Assembly (NCBI GenBank): GCA_046562895.1
Contig: CM102164.1
Span: forward strand, 32,715,842 to 32,779,841
Reading direction: 5' to 3'
Source: Trichechus inunguis
Taxonomy: Eukaryota
Length of the DNA stretch: 64,000 nucleotides
Shown here: positions 55,256 through 64,000 of the stretch, piece by piece
Numbering within the stretch: position 1 is the first letter of the stretch
How the letters are laid out: each line of letters starts with the position of its first letter
Position numbers and translations under genes: made by a program
The notes under the pieces: model-generated
Seen by the model: the letters and a program-made list of their open reading frames with translations, nothing else
What the model was told of the DNA's origin: nothing
Databases searched by the model: none

Positions 55256-55943
55256 AAAACCCATCATCTAACAAGAATTAAAGTGCTAAGAATAAGAAGA
55301 AGAGAATATTTGAAATCAGTGCGGTCATAGAATATCTATAAGGAATGGTCAGGAAACATCAGATGAACACTATCAGAAGTAAAGTAACCCCATCCTCCAA
55401 GTTGGGCCACTGAAACATCTCAGCCTCCAGAAGACACCTCTTTAGAAAGGAGAGAAGGAACATAGCATGGAATGAAGGGGTATACCATGTTCCAGTGATT
55501 CTTATATTCTGTGCCATTCAGCAGAAACCCTCTTCCACTTTACAGTTGAGCTGGGGTCTGCATGCTGCAGGGGGTAGAGGTCAAGTTAGCATAGGCAGTG
55601 CAAAGCATATGCATGGAGAGTACACCTTTCACCATGGCCAAGCTGCCTGTGCAATTTGGGACCTCTTGTACCTTTATATTCATGATATGTTTGAGAACAG
55701 AACATTTAATTTGAGTCATAACATTTTGAATAGTAAAATGCATATTTTGAATATACTAGAATTTATTATTTAAAGGGCTACTGTGTTAAACTGATAAAAG
55801 ATAGTTTTCTTAAAAGTAAGGATGCACATAAATATACAATATAGTCTTCAAGATAGCGGTGATATAAAGTAACATTATTGTTTATTAATAGTCAATGAAG
55901 TGAATACTTAATGGTAACACCTCATGCCAATCTTATTATGCAG

Positions 55944-56011
55944 GTTACAAGGAATTATTTTCATATCCTAAGTATATCACAAGTAATGAGATGCCAACAG
56001 AGTTCATTATG
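55944..56011 (+). CDS. PARP4: PARP4 exon (vWA domain). The acceptor is tgcag at 55942-55943 and the donor is GTGAGT at 56012.
   Basis: The split codon a+gt gives S, followed by YKELFSYPKYITSNEMPTEFIM. The codon phase is continuous. Confidence 0.8.
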
Positions 56012-56629
56012 GTGAGTAAAAGAGCATTCCTTGATCTCCTGTGTTTTTCTATCGAATTTTAGTAGTACTGTTGAGGTTTTGCTCTCCGTGAGGCCACCAT
56101 CAGAAAAGCCCTTATTCTTCAGTTTTTGTATATTGGCAGGCTCTTTTATTCCATTAATAAAAGTGATATGTACCCATTAAAGAAATATTGGATATTAAAG
56201 AGTAGAAAGAAAAAAATCACCCATAGCCCCACCATCCAAACGTAACCACCATTAATGTTTTGGAGTGTTTTCTTCTCTCTCTTTTTTTGTTTCTCTTAAA
56301 ATGGGGCAAGCTGAGAGTGACCAGTCACTGCTTCAGTCTAGATTGGCAAACTTTTATATGACGTTTCTTCCCATAAGTGAAGTGAATGCAATAGTTCTTT
56401 GAAAACTGTAAAAAAGTAAATATGTACAAAGTAATAATATTATCATTACAGTGTGACATGAAAGTAAACTAAAAGGATGTCAGTATAGTTGTTCCATAAA
56501 TGTGTAAGTAGAAAAAAGAAAATTTTCAATGACGGTATCTCTAGGAGGCATGTGCTTCAGGAAATGATGACAGTTAATGGTGAATATTCCCAATGATGAG
56601 TAAACAATCTCCTGCCTCATATCCTCCAG

Positions 56630-56817
56630 GCTGCTTCACCTACCATGGGAAATACAGACTTCTGGAAAACTCTCCGATATTTAAATTTGCTGTACCCTTC
56701 TCAAGGGCTACGGAACATCCTCCTTATATCTGATGGGCACATTCAGAATGAGAGCCTCACATTCCAGCTGGTGAAAAGAAATGTCCAACACACCAGGTTG
56801 TTCACCTGTGGCACTGG
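56630..56817 (+). CDS. PARP4: PARP4 exon (vWA domain). The acceptor is ctccag at 56628-56629 and the donor is GTGAGT at 56818.
   Basis: Translation is AASPTMGNTDFWKTLRYLNLLYPSQGLRNILLISDGHIQNESLTFQLVKRNVQHTRLFTCGT plus gg. The exon ends in phase 2. Confidence 0.85.
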
Positions 56818-56899
56818 GTGAGTAGGCTGCAGGTAGGCTTTTTGGTTGGTTTGCACAGGATTTTTAAAAGTTTTGAAGTTAATTTAAAAAAAAAAAAAT

Positions 56900-57082
56900 T
56901 GACATTGAGTCATTTCTGACTCGTAGTGACCTTATAGACAGAGTAGAACTGCGTCATAGGGTTTCCTAGGCTGTAATCTTTACGGAAGCAGACTGCCACA
57001 TCTTTTTCCTACGGTGGCTGTTGGGTTTGAACTGCTGACCTTTTGGTTAGTAGCCGAGTGCTTAACCATTGTGCCTCCAGGG
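56900..57082 (-). mobile_element. AfroSINE, full length, in reverse orientation.
   Basis: It contains gacattgagtcatttctgactcgtagtgaccttatagacagagtagaactgcgtcatagggtttcctaggctgtaatctttacggaagcagactgccacatc and ends ggttagtagccgagtgcttaaccattgtgcctccagggctcgc. Confidence 0.85.
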
Positions 57083-57109
57083 CTCGCTTGAAGTGATGCT
57101 AGTATGTAA

Positions 57110-57355
57110 AAGTTGTGTAGCTCAGAGGTAGAGAGCAAAGTCTCTGGGCCAGACTGCCTGGGTTTCAAAACCTGAGTCAGCCATTTGTTAGCTATGACCT
57201 TGGGCAAGTTGCTTAACCTTTTATCTGTAAAATGAAGATATAATAAAAATGTCTACCTCATAGACTTGTGAAAATTAAATCAGTTAACTTATGGAAAGCA
57301 CTTAGAACTGTACTGACACATGGTAAGCACCAAATAAATATTAGATATTATTATT
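57110..57355 (+). mobile_element. MIR SINE.
   Basis: It contains tctgggccagactgcctgggtttcaaaacctgagtcagccatttgttagctatgaccttgggcaagttgcttaacctttt...tctacctcatag. Confidence 0.6.
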
Positions 57356-59656
57356 TTACATAAAAATCCAAATTTCCAAGCTGCCTTGAGATGTCTGAAG
57401 GTCTGGGAGCCCATCCTCATGAAGTTATGTTTAACTAGAGCTGAGCAGTACCTGCTGCTACTTCAGGTGGGCCTGGGCCAGCTAGTTGGACATAGTCCCC
57501 ACCCAGTTTGTTTTGCTTGTTCATATTACCTTTCTGGCTACTGTGAGCATTTGAACTTTATAAAGTACAAGTAGAGTATAAATAGAATGTTCCTGCATGG
57601 AAGTGAAAACTCCTTGATTTTGGAATTGACCCTCTTTCCACTATATTTTGCTTTTTCTGATTGAACTGAGGTGTATGGTGGAAATAGTAGGAAAATGCTG
57701 AACAGAAGGTTCTAGACTGATGTTTGCACAGAGCATACTCCTCTAGTCTTGTCCCTGAAGCCCCCTGTACTTTCCCTGCAGACAGTTACCCTTTCAGAAA
57801 AGGATCTGCCAGGTTTCTTTGTTCTGAGGCAATACAAGGAGGCAACTCCTCTCCCCATACACTAAACATACCCTCACCTTGACACTTTGAGGGGATGGGG
57901 GTGGGGACAGGAAGTCCAGGTCAGCAGTGTTCCTCCGGCTGATCCAGGAGCCCTTGGGTGCTCGCTCCACTGCACTCAGGCCAGACCTGCCTGCCCCAGA
58001 GTGCTGCTAGATACACTCTCTCTCTCCTCTTGGCCCTTCCTTTGCAGTCACAGCTCCTGCTCCTGCTCTGTGATATCCAAGGCCTATCAGGGCATCACAG
58101 ACCAAATTAAACTTATTCAACCTAGAGCAGACTCTAGCAGGAATTTGTAGTAATGGAGCTTTATGTAATTAGGTAGCACCTGTGAACTTGAAGCTAGTAC
58201 CTGCTGTAGGGATCAGTCCTCTCTTTTCCACTGGTGGTATTCCTGCCTGAGCTGATGCACCAATAAATTTTTCCTGGTGTATGGCAATACTACCTACTTC
58301 CTTCCGACCAGACTCCACACTGCCACGGAACAGGCCTGCTGATACTTCTCTGGAGAAGCCCAGACCATGCTAATGAGCAAGGTTCAGATGCCATGGCTCA
58401 GAAAGCACCAGACACTGAGTGCTCATCACAAGGTAGACTGTGCTAGGTACTGGGGTGCAACATCAGGGGAGACTGGGAGAGTCCTGTGTTAAGAAGCTTT
58501 CATTCTAGTAGGCAGACAGTCAACAAGTAATCCTGCAAATTAGAGGGTGAGCTCTGGTTTTCGTAAGTGCTGGGAAGGAAATAGAGAAGTTGTGATCGAG
58601 GGTGAGTGGGGCTGGAGGGAGTTGGGGTCTGTTAAGACCATGAGTCAGAAAACCTCCCCTGAGGAGGTGATGCTGTGCTGGTTACACGACCCAGCCTGAA
58701 GGAGCTGCAATTTTCATGATTTACGTCAGTTTTTACGATCTTTCTAAATGCTGCCTCATTTTATACCTACATTTTTGCGTTTACAAACTTTAGTAATACA
58801 AGTTCTGCAGTAGTAGCGATCTTTGGTTCTGTCTTCTTCTCGTTGAAATAACTTGTCCTCTGCAGTCCCCAAAATGGGAACACAAAAAAGATTCTAACCA
58901 GCCTGACTAACCTGATGAAATCTAGAAAATACAAATGAACTTTGTCTTAAGGATTTTCTAATCAACATTATGATCATTGCCAGTTAATTTTGGCAACAAA
59001 AGATAAAATCAGTGTTTAGCTTGGGCTAAAAAATACCTTAGAAATAATTTTAAAGTATTTTTTTCTGAAAAATAATTGATCATTTTTATAATATTTCAGG
59101 AGGAAACTTTCCAAGAAAGGCATTCTTGATTATTGAGAGAAACTTAATAGGATGCTTGTCACTTAAATATGAAAGATTTTCTTTGCTAGAGTGAGAGTCA
59201 CTTCTTTTATAACTTGTGCTATCTAGATGTGATGTATCAAAATTTAAGATGCAGACTCTGTTAACACATTTGCCAGTTCTTGGCCTTTGGGCTCTGCTTC
59301 AGGTAACTTAGACATTTCATCAGAAGTAGTTGATCTCTTTTGATACCTTTGGGGTTTTTTCAGAATCATCTACTCTCTCCATAGGTAAACCAGAAGTCAA
59401 GAGTTCTACCTTTTTCCTTATTTCTATTGTCAAAGATAAGTAAGTCCTCTGATATGTGGGAGCTGAAATTACCCAAACCTTCAGATATATCATACTGTCT
59501 GTTACAAGTTTTCTCTCTCTAACCTCAGATGTAGAAGAGTAAATTCTTCTTGTAATGCTTCTTCTATTCAGTTTTGAGCTTTGTCAACATTGTTCAAATG
59601 TACTTCGAAAGTTTTCTAAAATTTCTTGAAAATTAAAACATGTGGAATGTGATTAG

Positions 59657-59756
59657 TTCTACAGCAAATCATCATATCTTAAGGACTTTGTCCCAGCGTG
59701 GTGCCGGAGTATTTGAATATTTTAACTCAAAATCCAAGCATAGCTGGAAAACGCAG
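59657..59756 (+). CDS. PARP4: PARP4 exon (vWA domain). The acceptor is gattag at 59655-59656 and the donor is GTACGA at 59757.
   Basis: The split codon gg+t gives G, followed by STANHHILRTLSQRGAGVFEYFNSKSKHSWKTQ. The other candidate acceptor (acag at 59661-59664) gives an in-frame stop, so I rejected it. Confidence 0.75.
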
Positions 59757-60333
59757 GTACGATTTTTAAACATCTTATATATAGTCTTACGTTTACATGT
59801 GGAAATATTATCTTCTTACAAGGATAGTAACAGTAACTCTTATGCTTTCGTTAACGGAATGAGGAGCCATAAAGAAGCTAAAGCTACCGAAGGTCTGACC
59901 ACCTGCCCTAATGACCATTTGTCTCGTATCTAGCAGGAACACAGTCAATACTTAACTCATTCTTCTAGCTCATAATTTGATTTCTGCTTTGTAAGTGTCA
60001 TGGCTTGATTTTAAAAAGTGTTACATAGGTTTTGTTAGCATGAATTTTTATAACTGGAATCTACTCCATACCTATAGTTACAGTTTAGTAATTAGCTAAT
60101 GAAATAATTTTAGGATGTTTTGTGAATTTCAGTTATGTGATAATGCTATTATAAAAAATTCTATATAGTTGCTTTTAAAAACGTACCTGTAGCAGGAAGG
60201 ACAAAAAAAAAACAAAGAGCAACAATCCCAAAGGATTGAATATAAAATTCATTTTAAATGTTAAATAACACCATCAGCACTGTGTTTCCTGGATGTAAAA
60301 TTGAAAAAGGAATAATTCATCTTTTCTAAATAG

Positions 60334-60504
60334 ATAGAAGACCAAATGACTAGATTACACTCTCCGAGTTGCCACTCTGTCTCTGTCAAATGGCAGCAGC
60401 TAAGCACGAATTTGCCTGAGCCCTTGCAGGCACCAGCGTGGGTGCAGTCTTTGTTCCACAATGACCGCCTCCTCGTCTATGGGTTTATTCCGCATTGCAC
60501 ACAG
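60334..60504 (+). CDS. PARP4: PARP4 exon. The acceptor is aaatag at 60332-60333 and the donor is GTACAA at 60505.
   Basis: Translation is IEDQMTRLHSPSCHSVSVKWQQLSTNLPEPLQAPAWVQSLFHNDRLLVYGFIPHCTQ, in phase 0. Confidence 0.8.
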
Positions 60505-60649
60505 GTACAAAGGCGCATAGTTTGTTTCACTACGGAAAGAGCAATGTATTTTGGTAATAATTGTCTTTTTCTTGTTTTTTTATTTTAACTCCCCCACTTC
60601 CAAATCATTATATGCTGGCAAACTTTCTTCTGCTGGGAACATGTTGTTG

Positions 60650-60855
60650 TTAGGTACCGTTGAGTCAGTTCTGACTCATAGCGACCCCACGTACAACAGA
60701 ACGAAACACTGCCCAGTCCTGCACGGCCCTCACAATCGTTGTTATGCTTGAGCCGATTGTTGCAGCCACTGTGTCAATCCATCTCATTAAGGGTCTTCCT
60801 CTTCTTTGCTGACCCTCTACTTTACCAAACATGATGTTCCTCTCCAGAGCTAGCT
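60650..60855 (-). mobile_element. RTE1/BovB 3'-terminal fragment, or the RTE-derived tail of a SINE.
   Basis: The reverse ORF at 60665-60895 reads ..GKVEGQQRRGRPLMRWIDTVAATIGSSITTIVRAVQDWAVFRSVVRGVAMSQN, which is the RTE ORF C-terminus. The terminus is gttgagtcagttctgactcatagcgacc. Confidence 0.7.
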
Positions 60856-60995
60856 GGTGGTTAACCAGGAGTGCTGGAGAGCCTTTAAATTCCATTTCAG
60901 AAGGGAGAGTAAATCATGGAAGGAATCACTATTAGACTAACTAAGACACTGTGGAGTAGAAAAGCTAATGAGGAATTATTTTTTTACCAATTCAG

Positions 60996-61076
60996 GCAAC
61001 TCTATGTGCATTAATTCAAGAGAAGGAATTTTGTACAATGGTATCAACTACAGAACTTCAGAAGACAACTGGAACT
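60996..61076 (+). CDS. PARP4: PARP4 exon (81 nt). The acceptor is ttcag at 60994-60995 and the donor is GTAAGA at 61077.
   Basis: Translation is ATLCALIQEKEFCTMVSTTELQKTTGT, in phase 0. Confidence 0.8.
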
Positions 61077-62416
61077 GTAAGATTTAAAATTTAAAATATG
61101 GACGCAGTGTTCCAAAGTTATATTTTTATATTTTAATATATAATGCTTCATCTACTTACTTCTTTTGTTGTTTTTCTGCACTGAAATTTCAACATGCAAT
61201 ATGAAGGATTGTTGTCTGTACAAATGAGAACACTTTCCTTAAGTTTCTAATGCAGAGGGACTTTATCTGGGGTTCAGTGTCCATAGATGAGCTTCAGTGG
61301 GTGTGAATAAAATTAAATATGGCGGTTTATGTATGAAAAGTTTTCTAGGGAGATCTCAAAGATAGCCATACCTCAATAAAAGTTAAGTGCTTCCGGTCTA
61401 CCTGTTTTTTTTTTTTTTACTATTAAGTATAACAGTACTAGAATAAGAGTAAACCATATCATATATTGAGACTATGTTTGTTTTTTCTGTTTTTGGATTA
61501 AAAGCAAATGAATTATCATCAAAAATTTTGCAGTATTTGCATTAGTACTGAATCCACTGTAGTTAGACTTTGAAAATTCTTAATCTGTATGTACTGATTA
61601 CATGTAGCTTGCTATTAATTGGAGTACTTGTATAACCAGATAAACCATTTCCCATATATTGCTGAAGTTTTTAAAAATAAAATATATCTTGCTTTTTGAC
61701 ACTGAATCAATAATTGTTGACTTATTACTTGCTAGTGATTTATGAATAGAACTTAAAGGAACTTAAGAACTTAAAGCTACATTGCTTTAAAAATTGAATC
61801 TGGGGGGGAAGAGATCTTTTTCCATTAAATGACAATTTTAATAGTCATACTTCCTCTATGAACTCTGACCTTATCAATAACACAATTACAAGACTTGGAG
61901 TTGTCACTGAAAGCAGATATTACCGTTCAAGATCAGTTGCATTTCTTAGTCATTTGAGAGAAAAGGAGGAAATCCTTCATAGTGCAATTTTTGCTGCTCT
62001 TGCTCTCAGAGCATGTTAATTTTGGATATGTTCATGTTGGGCATCACAGGGACTAAGCTGGCTCTTCCTACAGTAAAGAAACGGTTTTAAAATTTTGAAA
62101 TAAATTGAATTTGTGTAATGGCCTTTTAAAGAAAAGGCAAAACTGTAGGGACAGAAAACAGATCAGTGGTTGTTGCCAGGGGCTGAAGCTGGTTAGAGGG
62201 GCACGGGGAATATTTTAGAATGAAGGACATGTTCTGTGTATCTTTATTTCAGTTGAGGTTGTGCAACTGTATACATTTGTTAGAGGTCATCAAACTACAC
62301 TTTAAAAGGGTGCATTTAATGTATGTAAATTATACTTCAATTTAAAAAATGGTATTCTATACAAGTCTTTAATTAGAAGCCATTGGAATCTTTTTTCCTC
62401 TGCCTCCTAAACACAG

Positions 62417-62497
62417 ATGATTCACAAGCTGACAGCCCGAGCTCTCGTTAGAGATTTTGAATATGGCATTCTCCATGAAAATGAAACACAGCACCAG
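62417..62497 (+). CDS. PARP4: PARP4 exon (81 nt). The acceptor is acacag at 62415-62416 and the donor is GTCTGT at 62498.
   Basis: Translation is MIHKLTARALVRDFEYGILHENETQHQ, in phase 0. Confidence 0.8.
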
Positions 62498-62744
62498 GTC
62501 TGTTCTTTTCATAGTAGAAACCATTGCACATTGTTCTTGGTCATTCTTAAATTGATTTATCTTCAAAAATGTCAAGTCAGGACAGCTGGGTGGAAAAGAT
62601 GAGTGTGATTGTGGGAGGCCTCATTGCATCTGTCATATCTGTGTCTGGGGTGCAGGGTACTCAGTAAATGCATGTTGAATGAATTACCTAGGGAAAGAAC
62701 GCTAGTGGTTTCCTGAGAATTCAGTCAGGGGAGGAAAGAGAACA

Positions 62745-62935
62745 TTTACTAACTGTCTGTAATGGCTATGATCTCATTTCATTCTTACAACAAACCCATG
62801 TTGTAGGTGTTAGTATTCCCATTTTACTAATGAAGAAACTCAGGTGCACAAGGGGTTAGGGACCTGCCTCAGGACACACAGCAGAGCCAAAGTCCACCTT
62901 GCCCCTCCTGACTGTGCTGATGGCCCCTAGTCAAG
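62745..62935 (-). mobile_element. MIR SINE, in reverse orientation.
   Basis: It contains cccattttactaatgaagaaactcaggtgcacaaggggttagggacctgcctcaggacacacagc, which is the reverse complement of the MIR core. Confidence 0.55.
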
Positions 62936-63189
62936 GGTCTACTCAGCCACCTACTCTGACTGTCCTGGAGTCTCTCATGGGCTGGGATCTCAAATGTGGC
63001 CGGGGGCATTAGTGTTCAGTGCCATCCCTAAAGGAGGGTGCCTGTGTGCCACTCCGGGGTCTGGATGCCCTGCAAGCAGTCGTGGCCAGTAAAAAACTGC
63101 CTCTTGCTTTTCCCAGGACTTCTTTATTGCCCTCTGATTAGCAGGTTTATGTTCAGTTTTCCTAAGGTCGTTTTTCCCTTTGAGAGGCA

Positions 63190-63330
63190 GCACTGAACTC
63201 AGAGGTGGGCAGCCTGGCTCCTAATCAGCCCTGCCACTGACAAGTCACCCAGCCTCTCCAAGCTTTGATTCCTTGTCTTTAAAATGGGAACCAGAACATC
63301 TGCCTCACAAGTTGTATGTAAAAGAATAAG
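63190..63330 (+). mobile_element. MIR fragment.
   Basis: It contains ctggctcctaatcagccctgccactgacaagtcacc...ttgtctttaaaatgggaaccagaacatctgcctcacaagttgt, which matches the MIR core weakly. Confidence 0.4.
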
Positions 63331-63597
63331 AAATTATAAAGAGCTACATAAAAATTAATTATTTTTTCTGACTTAGTTCATCAGTTGATCTTATTTTGCA
63401 GGGAACGTTGGAGTCACCTATTTGATATTTAAATAGGATCATTGACTAAATATTTACTTTGAAATACTAATAAAATGATGTATTTGTCATAGAAAAACAA
63501 CTTTTTAGATTATTTAATACTCTTTTAATTGGTCATACGTAGGTAAATAGTAAAAAATAAAACAGGACATGATTTCATTTGTTTTCTTCTATCCTAG

Positions 63598-63693
63598 ATG
63601 AAGAAGCAGATCTTGAAATCGCTGATTATTAAAATCAGTAAAGAAAACTCTCTCCTAACACAATTTACAAGTTTTGTGGCAGTTGAAAAAAGG
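63598..63693 (+). CDS. PARP4: PARP4 exon (96 nt). The acceptor is cctag at 63596-63597 and the donor is GTATGT at 63694.
   Basis: Translation is MKKQILKSLIIKISKENSLLTQFTSFVAVEKR, in phase 0. The gene continues beyond the end of the window. Confidence 0.8.
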
Positions 63694-64000
63694 GTATGTA
63701 TTGTTGTTAATTCATGGTTAAATTATTTATCTTTACATACTGCGAAAATTACTCTTGCTCTGATTGCTAATCTGCTCTTCACAGGAAGAAATCCCAAACA
63801 CAGGATTTTTCCCATTTATGTGATGTAGCATGGTGGAAAGCACTGAGTTTAATGTCAAAGAGAACTGGGCTTCAATCTGATTAACCTTAAGTAGTAAATA
63901 AGTAAAGCTTGGATTAAACCATTGCTCATTATTATTATTATTATTGATATAACTAAAGAATAACATTTAAAATGACTTTATTTAGAACTGATTTTTTTAA

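Noticed and set aside
59657-59756. An alternative acceptor for this exon at acag (59661-59664).
   Set aside because: That choice gives an in-frame stop after 15 codons. The acceptor at ttag (59655-59656) keeps the frame and gives the conserved CGTG-STANHHIL junction.

Overview
This window is mammalian, and specifically Afrotherian; elephant-like is a guess. The assignment rests on several Afrotheria-specific tRNA-derived AfroSINE copies and on RTE1/BovB LINE fragments. The + strand carries the central part of the vault poly(ADP-ribose) polymerase gene PARP4. I can follow 17 coding exons (265..63693) with canonical AG/GT splice sites and fully consistent codon phases. Spliced, they give about 698 aa without a stop. 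They cover the C-terminal end of the PARP catalytic fold, the VIT domain and the vWA domain. Most of the remaining sequence is interspersed repeats. At least ten L1 copies are present, all on the minus strand, antisense to PARP4. They are concentrated in two very large introns: intron 5 (about 18.3 kb) and intron 9 (about 16 kb). Two L1 subfamilies can be told apart by their 3' UTRs. One copy, L1-J, is nearly full length: it retains ORF1, most of ORF2 and a 5' UTR with tandem monomer-like units. Its 5' end lies a few hundred bp upstream of the first vWA exon. Other repeats include a 1.6 kb RTE/BovB LINE fragment, old MIR and L2 fragments, and TA/TG microsatellites. I see no prokaryotic-type features: no CRISPR arrays, no operons, and no true rRNA or tRNA genes. 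The tRNA-like sequences are SINE heads. The long ORFs outside the PARP4 exons are L1 ORF2 or ORF1 remnants, or low-complexity artefacts.
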